This document shows, in pieces, positions 24,162 through 37,974 of a stretch of DNA of 64,000 bases (its first letter is position 1; every line of letters begins with the position of its first letter). Under the pieces are notes generated by a model. The model was not told where the DNA came from. It searched no databases and saw only the letters and a program-made list of their open reading frames with translations. Origin of the DNA: Guillardia theta CCMP2712. Lineage: Eukaryota; Protista; Cryptophyta. The position numbers and the translations under genes are program-made. The DNA is taken from the NCBI RefSeq assembly GCF_000315625.1, contig NW_005434666.1:481877-545876 (forward strand), written 5' to 3'.

Positions 24162-25650
24162 TTACGCCCTCTGATCTTGATGCATCCGGATGATCGATAA
24201 CAGCTCATTCAGTCTCTGCATGGCATTTCGTCAATTCAAAGAATCTAAAGCACTTTGAATTCTCACCTCCATCGTCGACCTCGAAGTCAATAGATTGTGC
24301 TTCTGGTGGTAGGGCACTGGCAGAATCGAAGCCAGCCAAAAGGACAGTTTCTGGATATCAATTGAGACTGAGATCAACCCAAGTTTTGAGGTTACCTCGG
24401 GATTCTCTGGCTTTGGGCCATGCGCAACATCGATGTCAGAACGCATGTTACCAAAGTTCTCCATCATCGCCTCAAACATCTGCGAGCACTCTCTGGCACA
24501 TTCTTCCAACGATTGTGTGCTCTGAGCCTGCACGGCCGCCCCGTCCTGATCCTGCGACTCTTCGACATTCGCATCTCCCGCATCCTCTTGCTCGTTCTCG
24601 TTCTCTTGGCTGACTTGGACGTCGGCATGAGATTCCACTGGCTCGTCATGGATGATCTCAACCTGCCCGCCTGAGGTCAACTGCACACGACAACATGCGT
24701 CGGCTCAGCTGACCTTGCACCAGTGCAGTCCTTGTGTTCCATCCTCGACCCATGTGTCCAGAATCCGAAAACGATCTCGGCACTTTGCCTGCAGCAACAG
24801 TTCACAAGAGGAACAAACCAGCCAGCTGTCTGGCAAGGTTCCTCACCTGAACATGCGCACGCCCATCAGGAAGGAATTCCACCTCCGACAGCTCAGCGAT
24901 CACTCCGACATCTCCCACACTTGCCTGTAAACGATCATCAGCATTCAAGTCATGGGCACATGTCCATGGTTGACCTGGTACGAATGCATGCACGGGAGGT
25001 AAGCAAATTTGCGAGACGCCTGGACGATTCGCTTGATCATAATCTGGAAACAGCCTTCAGGAGTGCTCACCACAGATCAATATTTGCAGACCTTATATCG
25101 AGGTTCGAAGAGATGTAGTACAAGAGGTGAGTACGGGTACAAGGTGTCGTTGTAGAAGAAGATCGGAAGAATGTTTTCCCACGCATTTCTTTCGTGTTGC
25201 AGCTGGAAAAATCAACAAGTAAGCCTTTTGACTACAAGCCGTTCCTCATCTTTCACAAGCCTACCTCGTCGATTCTGGCCTGATATTGATCGGGGAAGCA
25301 GTTCCTCAAGATATTTACAATGGTTATGTTTTCTGCATGCATCTCAGCCTGTATGTGGCATACCGACCTGCAGCAAACAACAGGTTTAGCGACACGATCA
25401 TGCTCAACTGTACTCCTTGCCTGCACGCCGGGCATTTCTTTTTAGTTTTCCTCAGGGCAAAGACGAGACAAAAGCGACAGAAAGTATGACCGCACGGGGT
25501 CGTGACTGGTTCGCCCAAGAGCTGCAGGCAAATTGGGCACTCCAACAAACTTGTTGAAAGTAGTGCACTAGCTTCTTGTGGGGCTGATTCCTTCTTCTCC
25601 TCCTGAACTGTAACGTCGCCTGCTCTCGAATCTTCTGAGCTTTCCTCCAT
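24162..25650 (-). CDS. RING-finger + LON peptidase N-terminal domain protein (LONRF-like E3 ligase)
   Basis: C3HC4 RING CPICLQLLGEPVTTPCGHTFCRFC...CPACR; LON-N motifs LPIF..LYP..PLVLHLFEPRYK/LMIKR, RFRIL, LSFWLASILP...LL...RL. Confidence 0.92.
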
Positions 25651-26287
25651 CTTGTACCCTGCAGTTGCAAAAATCTCAGCTGCATTAGGGCCCAAAAAGA
25701 ACAAAATTGACATCTCTCATCCTTAGTTTGACAATATCCTTTGGTCTTTATCTGAGATCTACGTATGGAGTTCCGACTCCCTACATATCAAGTCGGATAT
25801 TAGATGGTTGCATCTATCGCCGTGTTTGCTTCAACTACATCCCAGGCGAGGTCTAATTTCTTCTTTGGAACGTATCTTTGCTTTGCGAAGGCTCAGATCT
25901 ATCATCAAAATCTATGAGCATGAAACCTTTCAACATCTGCATGTATGTTCTTCCTTGAATCCTCTTCAATCAGCATCCTCTTGTTTCATCTCTTGTTCTC
26001 TCGCTCCCTCGCCCCTTCACTTCATTCCCTAGCAGTATCTGAGCAATCAACATCGCGCGTCCCACCCCCCCACCACTATGGAGACCACCCCAGACTACCC
26101 CTCAATACTTGACACTCCCCATCCCAAACATCCAACTACCCCACCTTCCATCGAACGCACATGATATCCCTACCCCCCTCCCCCAGCATTTCTTCCCCAA
26201 TTTCCTCGCGACCACCCCACAATGTACTACCCCCACCCTCTCAGCACCACAACATACACTCAAGGACCTGTAGATGTCCTCATCAAG

Positions 26288-26400
26288 CCCGAGAGTGGCA
26301 GTGCAGTGACGGTGGCCAGTCGAGGCCAGTCGGGCCCGGGCCCGGCCGGCCAGCTTTTATCAGTCACGGATCAGTCAGATCAGGGCGAGACTCGTGACTC
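26288..26400. promoter_or_regulatory. GC-rich island upstream of the LONRF-like gene
   Basis: ggccagtcg x2, gggcccgggcccggccggcc, tcagtcac, gtgactc. Confidence 0.5.
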
Positions 26401-26431
26401 TCGATTTACAGTGCCAGGCTATGAGTCCCCC

Positions 26432-29400
26432 TCAGGTTCCCTGCTTCTCTTCGATGACCTGCAAGCTCTCCTGAATGAAATTCTCCATCTCTACCAAAGT
26501 CTCCAACGCCTCCTCTGCCTGCTCGACTGACGTTGTGTTCTGAGGCGTCTCGTCGGCAGAAAAGAAGTTGAGGATTCCGCTTTGCTCCTCCACGAATTCA
26601 TTCTTGAGGACGATCTTGCAGACGTTCTTGCTGCAGTTGTAGATGGTTTGCATGGAGCTGAGCTTCTGCCGGAGAAACTTCTCGGTGTCGCTCGCCCCCT
26701 CCTGACTCGCCTTCAACTGGCTGATCTTGTTGTTCTCCTCCTCACGAAGTCTCTGCTGGACGTGAGCTGGCGTGCTCGACATGAGCTTCGCCTTCTCCTT
26801 AGCTGCTTGAAGTGCTCGGCGTTGCTTCCTCGCTGCTGACTTCGCCTTCTCCACGAAACGAGCGGCGAGCGCGACCTCCTTCCTCTGATGGCGAAGGACT
26901 TGGAGGAGGAGCTCCAGACACTGCCTCATGACGAAGAGGCAGTCACCTGCCAAGAGCGCGCAGGTGCTGGCGGCATGAGGGAATCGTATTGGACCAGAGC
27001 TGAGATCGGTCGGCATCTCGATCTCCGTCTCCAGGATGACCTGCAGGGCGTTGGACACCAGGGACTGGGTGGCGTCGCAGATCTGCCGGGCAAGCGGCAC
27101 CATGGCCAAGTCTTCATCGTAGTCTTCGATCACTTCATGCCGAAACTGCAGGCGGACGGAGCCCTTGACTATCACATTCATCCCTCCTGCAAGCGGATCA
27201 TCAGCCGACTATAAGCAGGGCTAGGCACAACACAAGCACTACACAACCTTCCATCACATCGTGTGCATGCTCTTCCGAAGGCAGCAGGTCGAACCACACG
27301 TCGATTTCGTCGTCATCCTCGTCCAACGCCAGCTGATGCTCTAGAGCCTCGATCACATCTTGCGTCAGGATCTCGAAAGCCCCGATGAAGTCGTGGTTGT
27401 CCTCCTCGCCCGCATCCCAATCCCAGACTTCGAAGCGGACCGCATGCTCGGGCCGGATGCCCTTGTATGTAAAGGACTCGTTCCAGATGGGCGAGTAGTT
27501 TCCTCGCTTGACTTTGGTTCTGAACTCCTTGTCATGACACTTGACGATGACGTATGGGTCCACCTGCAACCATCGGTCAACCAAGGAGTGCACTGGGGAG
27601 GAGGCGAGGGCATTCGCGACAGAGCAAGAGGAGAGGCAGCAGTGGAGGCAGCGGAGGAACGAGGAATTTTACCGTTCCTGTTGTGCCCAGATCCATCTTG
27701 GGAAGGCCTTTAGCCTCCACCACATTGATAATGAGTCGTTCAACCACCACAGGCTTTTCCTGCTTTACAGGAGCAGCGCAAGCGCAAAGGAAGATGCCTA
27801 TCTGACAAGCAATGTTCATGATAGTCTTCTGCTCTCTCTTCTCATCCTCGCTCGCAAACACCCGCACGCCTGACTGAAACTTTGAGGAAGGGCCGAAGAT
27901 CTTCTCGAACGAGTCGCGAATGCCTTCGATCATGTCGTCCACTTGACATGTGGGAGGAACGGTGTCCTCCTGGATACCGAAGAAAGGATGGTCATGCGAG
28001 CTCGAGTGAACCTCGCTCCTCGTTGACTCCTCGTCCTCATAGATCTTCCTCAGGCCTGTCCCCGTACACACTCTCCAATATTTGCCGTAGTCTTGCCTGA
28101 GGGCAGGGAATGTGATGAAGTACTCGAGGTAGGGCAGCGACTGAAGGATGACGTGAAGCTTCTTCCAGATCTTGAGGCGATAGAGGAGGAAAGGAAGCTC
28201 GACGACCTTTCTGCGAGAGATCTCAAGCTGGTCCAGAAACTCCGCGAGCGAGATGAGATGGAGGAGTGGGTTCGGCAGGACCTCTGGAGCTGCCGGAGCT
28301 GCCAGGTTCTCTCTCGACGGCTCCCGATCTGCCGAAGGCTTGCGGGAGATCATCCAGGGAGTTTCACTCTTCTCCTGGCCCTGAGAGGACAGCAGGCAGT
28401 AGCAGAGTGACTTGTGCACGAGCTCCATCCCCGAGACGAGGTTCTGGTACTGAAGCTTCCGCTTCTCGACTGGATTGAGAGGAAGCGGATTGGAGCGACT
28501 GGCCGCCTTGAAGTTGCTGCTGCCATGGAGGAAGATGGTCGACAAAATCTCGAGGATCTCATCCGGCCGCATCTCCTCTGGAATCTCCTCCACGTGGAAC
28601 ACGCGGCAGATGCGGACAAGCAGCTTAATGTTGTCATCGTCAGCTGGGCTGAGCGTGCGGCCCACCTGAGTTGCTTGTTGGATGTTCTTGATAGAGTTGA
28701 AGATGATCTGAGAGTGCCGTCAGTTCCACTTGCCAGCAGACGTCAGCTCTCACCATCTCGACGCCCTGGCGCACGATAGAGTGACGGAAGCGGATGACTC
28801 CGTGGTCGTCGAAGCAGAACAAGTTGAGGGCGTCTCGAAGAGGGATGTAGAAAGTTGCTGAAAGGAGACTTGGGCTGATCCTCCTCATCACATCTCGCAG
28901 TTCAGTCTGCAGGAGGCCGTCCCTGGTCAGCGCCAGGAAGAACAGCATGTCTATCGCCCCCTCGAACTCCGAGCTCCATTCCAGAAGGATGCTCTGCATG
29001 AGAGCGAGCGACTTTTCCTCCACATTCTGAAGAGCCAGTTCACCCTCCTCGTCGTCGGCTGCATGAACTTTGGTGTCGGTAGGTTTCACTTGTGATTCAT
29101 CGTCGCCTCCCTGAGCCTCCTGGGATGAATCTGTCTTGCTGCCTTCAGCATCGCTCTGACCGTTGGGGTGATTGTTGCTTGAGGTGGAAAAGTGTACCCT
29201 GGACTTGAGCTTTCCGCTACGTAGAAGGAGCATACCGATCAAAAATTCGTCATATGGGATGGTGAGCGACGAACGGGGCTGAGCCGCCACTCCCTTGGAG
29301 TCTACATGGTGAGAAAGAAAGAGCTCGATATCGTAATCCCTCAAGTCATCGTTGAAGCGATGGAGCATGCTCCTGGCCTCCTCGATCGACACCGAACCCC

Positions 29401-32400
29401 GCGCATAGTCCAGGGGGAGCCGGGACTTGAGGATCGCAACGACACTCTCCCTCCTCCTAGACGCGTTCTTCTGTGTATTGGTTTCCACTGCGGAGAAGCT
29501 CCCGTTGAGATCTTGCATGCTTCCTCTCTTGGAGGCGCGGAAGATGGAGCCCATTCTCCTCTTGGAACCGCTCGTATGCACACGATTGAAAGTTTCGATC
29601 AAGTCCTGGCAGATTGGTCATCAACTTGTGGTCGTTTTCTGCTGCGTGGCTACACGGACGCCATCACGCTGGCCTCCTTCACCATCGCCATATCGACATG
29701 ACTGAACATTCAAACAACAACAACAACCGCCAATATTGTATCCGCAAATGTCATATCTATCATCTCGATTACCTTCAATACGATCTTTCCGAGATCTTTC
29801 GGATTCTTGTATCTTCGAACGTGGTTCCCAGCATTGACTGATTCGAGCCGACCCTTGAGATTCTGTGCATGGCAAAATTTTGATCAGATGAAGCTTTGCT
29901 CATATTCTCTTTCTACTCTCTTATCTCTCATGTTTTCTCTCTTCTCGACTTTGCGAGATTTCAACTCTTTCCTCCTTTCCATCGTATTGTCCAGTTCAGC
30001 GATGCTTCACTCACATCCATGGCAGCCGATCGAACGGCTCGTCGATGAATCGGCTCCAGGAAGTCGGTGTCGCTGCTCCCCTGTACCAAATTCAACAAGA
30101 GCGCAATCCAGCAAGAGGAGAGTTGAAAGTGACTGAGGCATCCACGGATTGGATGTTTGAACAACAGAAACATGTGAGATAGAGAGAAATGCGCGAAAGA
30201 ATTGAAAAGATAGCGAGGACCTTCTGGTTCTGAAATGCGTACTGCGGGTCACGGAAATAAAATAGCGCTCCGGGCATCTCACTCGGACAAAGGAGGAATG
30301 CAGTCCTGAGTTTAGCGCATAAGACCCAAAAATGGGCAAGGGGAAGGGGAGCAGTATCGAGAGGCGAGAAAGAGGAAGAGGAAGAGGAAGAGGAAGAGGA
30401 AGAAGGAAGCAGGAGGAGGAGGAGGAGGAGGAGGAGGAGGAGGGAAGCAGGAGCTGTCATCTGCATCACATACGTGCACTCGACTTCCAGGACGCTTGCA
30501 GCCATCTTAGTGTTGGAGGACGAGGACAAGACAGGATTGCAGATATTGCGAATCCAAGGTCGTTCTCGCAGACAGCTTGACGACTCCCTTGGGATCTGAT
30601 GACAGAGCCCACGTCAGGAGAAAGCAAATGGTCAGGTGGAAAAGCTTCTGACCTCTGAGAGCACATCTCCGTACTTTTCACCAAGAAGACAGACAAATGC
30701 TCCGTTCCTGCTGCTCTCCAGCGACTGCAGGCACAGGCCAAGCAACCTCCAACAGTGTGAGGAAAATGGGGTCGCCAGAGAAAGTGAGGAAGGCAGGATA
30801 CGGCAGAAATGGGCAGGGCAGGACGCTAGAGCAAGGGACAAGAAGAAGGCGATATTTCCACACCTTGGATCGCTATCGTCGTGAATGGAGGCTCGCAGAT
30901 CCATGACATTCACCTCCCATCCCACATACGCACATTCTTGTCGGATGTTGCTCAACACAACTTCGTCCATCTCCTGCTGCCTTGTCAATCTCATGCACTG
31001 CTTGACTACCCGGCAAGGTCCATCGCCTCCCCCTGCTCCTACCGTTCGCTCTTTCTCCATTTCTGGCCCAGCATTCGCCGCGATGTAGATGTGGAACACT
31101 CTAACAGAGACTCTGTGCTGAGGGATGCTGACTAGTCAACAGCAAGGGATCTGATCACAGCGGAAGACCTTCTCGACAGGAAGTGAAACTCTCAGCAGGC
31201 AGAGAGGGCTTCGTGCGATGAGCAGGCCTCGATCGTCGTTGCTGAACTCTGAGTTCAGACGGTAGACATAGAAGTATCTGAATGGCCCAACGACAAGGAT
31301 CAGCAAGTTTATGTGAGAGAAATCAATTGCTGACCTCCCTGGAATGATGTTGTCGTTGTCGAAGACAACCTTCCCCCGCTGACTCCCTGCAGCACCAGTG
31401 TTATCCATCTTTGTCCAAATCAGGATCAGTCCCTCTGAATCACTCAGACCTGCTGGGACAGGAATGGAGGAGACGAACGATCCGACGAGATCGTCTTCAA
31501 AAATTTCCTTATGCTCCGATGATTGCCAAGGAGCCAAATCCAGAGCCCTGACAACAAGCTTCATTTCCACTCTCTATTGTCTGCAATCAAAGATGCATAA
31601 AACTTGTTCTATCGGGCCGTGTATCTCAATTGATGATCTCACCATAGCTCGATCGAATGATCGTCTCTGTCGTGTACGCAATTCACCTCATAGTCGACTC
31701 TTAAAACGTTTCCAGGAAGAAGTTCCGTCTCACAGGAGAGCTGAAAAGGTAATGAGAAGAATCAAGACCTTGCAGCGCATGCTCTCAGTGCTCTACCTTG
31801 GCTTCAGGCCACATGGAGCAGATCGGGTTTGACACCGAGAACGGAACAGGATTCCCTTTCATGTAATACCGCACCTGCAAGCGACCATGGGCAGGGAGGC
31901 AATGATGTGAGGTCAGTTCGACCTCGAATACTCCCGGAGGTGCCGGTTGATGGAGGGCGTCGGAGGGGAATGAGAGCTCCGCCAGGTTTGACTAGTCAAG
32001 AGATCAACAGGAGGAGCGCAAGGGATCAGGAAGGTACCCGCGCCATGGGGATCTTGGCGATCAGACCGAGGTCCGGTACAGATCGCAGGTCCACGTCCTT
32101 GAGAACTTGGCCTTTGAGCTTGCGATGAACGTGTGTCAGTCGCAGGAGAGCATCTCAGCCATCATGTACCAGCCTTCGAATGGAGGAGAGATCCGGGTAA
32201 AGCCCAAGCCAGTCTTCGTCACTTGGTACTCGGTGCTCGTCCAGTAGAAATCGGACGGCGCAGGTCACTTTCAAGGTGTCACCGATGATGAAATCGTGCG
32301 GGGCTGCAAGCAACTCAGGTCATGGCCTTGGGTGTAGCAAGCCTCTCACCATTAATCATCACAGCCACCGCACAATCAGTAGCTGAAGGAACAGACGACT

Positions 32401-32680
32401 TCCACATCTGGATACTCTCTCGAAACCTCTCTTCCAGCTCCATGTCGTTTCTGATATCTTTCAGACTGTCCATGCAGACCTTGGCTGCACTTGCAGCATC
32501 GTGCTGCTGAAGTTTCTCGACTTGGCTTTTCATTTGCTCCGCAGTTGTTGGGGCACGAGGAGTGTCAAACACGGCTGAGTGAGAGTCATCAGAGCTGTCT
32601 GAATCCTCTTTGGAGCTGCGTGTTGCATGCTGAGGCTTGAAGCTTCGAAGCTTCTTCCCAAGCTGCTTTGCCGCTCTCAT
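26432..32680 (-). CDS. large multidomain protein: DUF4062-like domain, EF-hand-like segment, TTC41/NPHP3/TEP1-type helical region, C2 domain, C-terminal coiled coil
   Basis: VFHIYIAA..EMEKER..VMDLR..CLQSLE..FVCLLGEKYG..LFYFRD (DUF4062); LALTRDGLLQTEL..FRHSIVRQ and RRKVVELPFLL (helical region); IINVVEAKGLPKMD../DPYV..FRTKV..NYSPIWNESF..FEVWDWD..DFIG (C2). Confidence 0.75.
30368..30442. repeat. (GAAGAG)n/(GGA)n purine microsatellite, probably intronic
   Basis: gaagag x4-5 followed by gga x~10. Confidence 0.85.
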
Positions 32681-32814
32681 GACTCAACTCAGTTAGAGAA
32701 CCAGTTGACCAGCGTCTGCTACAGGCTCAGGCTCCTTTGCCACATTCTCAGTTTTCCTGCGCGTCAAACTTTTGAAATTCAGCCAACCCGCCTCAGTGAT
32801 TGTTCACACATTGC

Positions 32815-32892
32815 ACCGTACCGTGTGACAGTGACCGGCGAGTCACCGAGTCAGCGGCGGGCCCGGCCACTGGGGCCCTGCAGTGCCGGTCG
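32815..32892. promoter_or_regulatory. GC-rich island in a divergent promoter
   Basis: gtgaccggcgagtcaccgagtcagcggcgggcccggcc between the DUF4062 gene (-) and the kinase (+). Confidence 0.5.
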
Positions 32893-33232
32893 TGGCTGTT
32901 ACTCTCTTCTAGGAGTACTGTAACGGTTCCGAAAGTTCCGAAGTATCAGCGGCAACTTGCTTCGAATTGTCAGTTTCTGTTCCCCCCACCCTACCCCCCT
33001 CCGAGAGTCTCTCATCTCATTGGACCACGTCAGAACCCCTTGTGCGACCGGGGATCGGACCCCCTCCACAGTGGCACCTGAAGCAGACTAGTACCCGTGA
33101 TAACCCCTATTTTTATCTAGTAGGGGTACCGTCTGAGGTGTAAGACAGGCTCTAATCGATGGTAGGGGTGGCTCCGACCGGAATAGCGACTGAAGACGGC
33201 GGTAGTAACAAATCTCTTGTGTGAGAGCGGCG

Positions 33233-34798
33233 ATGCTTCCGTCTCCTGCTCCACCAGCCTCTCCTCAGGGAGACTTGTGTCGACTCCTTCCTTGCTCAGC
33301 CTCTGGTTCGAGGGATGATCGCGACTGATTGCTACACGTGTACGTGTTGGTGAAGGTATGTTGCCGATTAGAGTGGCAGACTTCCTGTCTTGCCGTCAGA
33401 GGAAAGCAGCGTCGCAACTCAAAGGTAGCAAGTGCTCGAGCTCTTGGCGCGCTTGCATCGACGTGCCTGACCTGTGCGACGGGAGGTGATGCTGAGGGAG
33501 GTGCCGAATTGGTGATGTTGACTCAGAGTGCAGATGCTATTGCATGCCCTGCAGGAAGGAACAGCGCTTTCTAGCAGAAGATATCGCAATCGATGAGCAA
33601 GGCATCCATTCGAGATGGGACGACGGAAGGTGGATCTCTTTCCTTCAAGCGATCCGCAAGGCCTCCCAGGAGTTCGCCATGAGGTCTAACGAAGACTCGC
33701 TTTCTGTCGCTTCCACCAGCGGGGGTTGTGAATCTGTGGCGGAAGGGATGGAAGCGCTAACGACAGGAAAGGATCGTCTTGCGCAGGAAGAAATACAACA
33801 CGAAGCGCACCAAAGAGCATCGAGAAGCGACACGTCTCGTCGCCCGTTTCCTCGAGAGTTCGATTTCCAACGGCTTGTCAAAGTGTCCAAAGTCGGAGCT
33901 GGATGCAGCTCTGTGGTATGGCGTTGCGTAGACAAGACTACCGGCAAAGACTTGGCGATGAAAGAGGTTAAACTCCTGTGCCCGCTCACACAACATAACT
34001 TGACTTACCTTGCTGCAGATTTCCATGCACACGGACAAAAATGACAAGCAGACGGTGCTGCGCGAGGTTCTTCGGATGTATGGCATAGGAACGCATCACC
34101 CCAACCTGGTCTCATGCTATGAGGTCTTCTATGCTGAGGGTTGCTTCCTTGTGGTCATGGAGCTCATGGACAGAGGCTCGCTGCGGGATCATCTCAAAAG
34201 GCAGAGGAACTCAGGCAGGGAGGTCCCGGGGCGAGTGATGGCAGCGGTTGCCTGCGACGTCCTCTCGAGCCTCGAGTTCTTGCACGGCACGCTGGGGCTG
34301 ATACACAGGGATGTCAAGCCAGGGAACATTCTCATCTCGTCCGCAGGAGGAGTCAAACTAGGAGACCTCGGTATCTGTTCGACCGTGCAGCAAGTCCTGG
34401 CAATGGAGCCCCCGACCTCTAGCGGGGAGGGCACATGTGAAGACGAGAGATGGATAGGAACGTTGGCGTACATGTCCCCTGAGAGGTTGGTAGGCGACAG
34501 ATACAGTCAGAAGGCTGACGTATGGAGCCTCGGCATTGTCGTTGCTGAAGCAGCCATGGGAAGGTTTCCCTTGTCGTTCCCGGGGGAGAAGTGCCTTCAC
34601 TTCTGGGACCTGCTAGACTTCGCCACATCTGGTGCATGCCCCTCTACGCAGATTCGGTCAGACGAGCCAGCCATGGCTGAGTTCATATCTAAGTGCTTGT
34701 CTCGAGATGCTTCTTGCCGGCCCGAGGCCCACGAGCTCAGGGGGCATGCATGGCTGGAGGAGATGGACAGGGAAGCTTTGATAGAATGGTTGGAGTAG
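33233..34798 (+). CDS. MAP kinase kinase (STE7/MEK)-like Ser/Thr kinase; start uncertain
   Basis: VGAGCSSVV..LAMKE, VMELMDRGSL, IHRDVKPGNIL, VKLGDLG, WIGTLAYMSPERL, ADVWSLG, GRFP. Confidence 0.88.
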
Positions 34799-34919
34799 GA
34801 TGTCACTGTTGCTGCTGGAGATGTTGATTATTGTGTACTAGAGAGGAGGTACGTCTTGGTGTAATCATGTATTGCTTGTGTCCATTCGAATAAAATGAGT
34901 TGAAGAGTATTCGTTTCCC

Positions 34920-37701
34920 ATTATCAGCATCATGATGGCATCGTAAACCAAAGAATCCGCAACATCTTGCAAACACGTGATGAAGAGGAAAGAACAGCGG
35001 ATGATGCTCGTACCTCTGTGTTCCAACGGGAGAGCATGGAAGAAGCTCTGCCAATCCACTCCGCTGATGACGTCATGCAGCTTAACTTGCATCTTTTCCT
35101 TCGCATCAACTCAGAAAGAAAGGCTGCTAAGATGGTTATGAACCTGGTTGACGTCAAGGGGCAAGCGTGGAGAAGATGAGGTCTTGTCGAGAGGAGCCTC
35201 GAGCCTCGCGACTTCAAACTGAAACTGAAGCAGCTGGAGGGGGACATCGCGCCTTGCTGCAGCCTCTGGGTCCCCAAGTTCGCTCTGATACATCTCCATG
35301 CTCGCTCTCATCTCCTTCACCTGCTCTTCCATTTGATCCCACACGCTACACCAGGAATCCTTGAGACTGTTCGATGCAAGATCAATCTCATCTTCAATGT
35401 TTCCTTCAGCTGCTTCCATATTCTTCAATTCTCTTTCCTCCTCGCTCTCTTCCCCTTCAGTCACTGGTCCCTCCCCTCTTTGAAGAGTCACGTCTCCTCC
35501 AACAGGCTTCTCCTCATGGTCTTGATTCAAGTTCTGACATACCTTCACAGCCTCGTCCTTGAGCACGAACCCCTCGTCGAAGATGAACCACCCTTGTCCT
35601 TCCAGGACAAGCACGAAGAAGATGACCCGACACGCCCGCTTCAGGTTCGGGTGGGGAGGCCTGTCGCCAAATATGGTGCCCTTCACGATGTATTCTGTTG
35701 CCCCCAGCAGTTCCCTTCCCACCTGCCTCATCTTCACGCCTATTCCGCAGGAGCAGCAAGACAGAGATCAATCACCTTGGAAGGCTCCAGACTCTTGAGG
35801 AATCTCATGAGGGGACGGGCGAACGGATCTGATTGCTGGTGAGCTGAGTGCTAGCAGGACGCCAGCTGGGTTACCTGCTTTCTGTAGGAGCCATCCTCTG
35901 ATCACACTATTCGGTGCGGCTTGCGAGTCACGCAGGCTGTCAAGGCTGGTGACAAGCGACTGGTAGTCCATGTTGCCGGTCAGCAACACAGTGGGATGGA
36001 GGATGTCGTCCTTCCCGCAGAAGGTCAAGGCCCTCAGCTGCCCTCACCTCTCCGTCAGCGACGTCAACATGACTTACATCATCACCAGTTCTGCCTTGTC
36101 GCATTGCTCGATGAGCCGACCAAACTTTCCCCAGAAGGAAAGTGCGGCGATCGCTAGCTCCTGTCCTTGCCGATCTCGATCTACCCCATTGCTTCGTCGC
36201 AAGATAGCTTTACTTTCCTCCTTCATCCCACAGAGAAACAGGAGGAGAGCTGCATCTAAGGTCTCCCTCCCATTTTCGGCTCCTGATTCTCGATCCATCC
36301 CAAGCGCGAGGAAAGCTCGATCAAGGATCCAATCCGTCGAGGTGGAGTTAGAAGTCGCCTGCTCCGACCAACTGATGGCGACAGCACATGCACATGACCA
36401 AGCGAGATATCGAGGCACAGCATGCGAGCCCTTCGACGGAACAGGAACAAGAGCAGCGCACTCGTGGAAGGCGACGGTGGCCTCCTAGCAAAGCAAGCTC
36501 TTCAAAAACCCAAATATCGTGCTTTGCTAGGGACCAACCTTGGCCTGTCCTACGTGCCACTTTTGCAGTCCTTTCCCCACGATGCATAAGGCAAGATTCA
36601 TAGTAGCTTGCTCACACCTGGGTGGCCATCAACAGCCGCAAATTTGCGAGAGAGAATGCAACTACTTTGGATCATTGTAGATGGCTCGTCTAAAGCATTG
36701 CTCCGCAGCCTGAAGGTGTCCGGCGTTGAACGCCGCTACCCCCATGTTGACAAGACTTTGAGAGTCGATGGAGTCATCTGCAAAGGCAGACCTGCGGCAG
36801 GCAGACGATCATGTCACCCATCGGGCTTGACGTCAACATGGGCAGCATTACTTCCCATACAACTCCAACGCCTGCCGCGAGAACCCTCTCTCACTGTACA
36901 AGTTCGCAAGGTTGTATTGACAATCCTGGTTGTCTGGGCTGAGAAAATGATGATCAACAAAGCGCAGGGCGAGTTGTCATTGCAGTTTTCAGTTGCACCT
37001 GCACTGGAGTGCTTGCAAGTAACATCTCCTTGCCTTCTTCCAATGATCGATGGATATCGGCCCCCACCTTCCTTCCGCCGTTCGGATCTTGGTCGCCTTG
37101 GCATGCCAGACTGTTGCCAGGTTGAAGTGTGCCTGAAACAAAGTGAGCAACCGATCGCAGCGGCGGAAAACAGACATTGAAGAGCTTCGGGTTCACCTCC
37201 AAGGCCCTGCCGTAGCACTCGATAGCTCGCTCCACCTGTGCAAGTTTGAGGAAGAAAACGGGAGTTGGAGGTTGAGGGGGGGATCTGGAGTTGCCGAGAA
37301 GGGAAGTGCGGGCAGTAAGGAAGGCAAGGGCGCAGTAATGTCACCTCCCCCAACTCGATAAGAACGTTTCCAAGGTTGTTGTGCGATTCAGCGATCGCCG
37401 GATTGATCTCGCATGCCTCGGAGAAATGTTTCAACGCGGCATGCAAGTCGTCCTTTGCCACTGCATGCTTTCCCGCCTCCATGCAGCTCAAGAACATCTG
37501 ACGCTCCTTCAGCTTGTTGCCAGCATTGTCCTGGCTGCAGGCTGCCGTAGGGTTCTTCCAATCGCTCACGAGGGGACCCAAAGGGTTCAACGAGGGAGAC
37601 AGGGAGGCGGGTGAGAACATTCCCACCATGATCGTCGCCAGGAGGGACGAGGTGCTCACCGTTGATCGCATCTTGAGCCCCCCCCCCCCACCTTGCTTCA
37701 C
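34920..37701 (-). CDS. TPR-repeat protein with uncharacterised C-terminal region, multi-exon; boundaries approximate
   Basis: ALKHFSEACEINPAIAESHNNLGNVLIELG/EVERAIECYGRALEVNP, AHFNLATV, CQYNLANLY, LVNMGVAAFNAGHLQAAEQCFRRAI. Confidence 0.75.
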
Positions 37702-37974
37702 TCAAGGAAACTCTCTCTCCTCCTCCCTCTCGCTTCCCCTCTGCCCATCCTGGAGCTGCGCTTCCTCCTCTACACCATGCTCGACCTGGAAGCACACTGG
37801 GGAGCACATGCGGGATGCGCCCCTTGCGTGCTGTATGAGGATTTACCAGGGAGATGGGGGAGGGAGGCACAAGAGGAGAGCGTCTGGTCGCAGGAATGAA
37901 TCATCCACGATGACAGCAGCAGAGCAGCTGAGGGAGGGACGGGGCATGCGACAGACACACGTGGTTGCAAGTTC

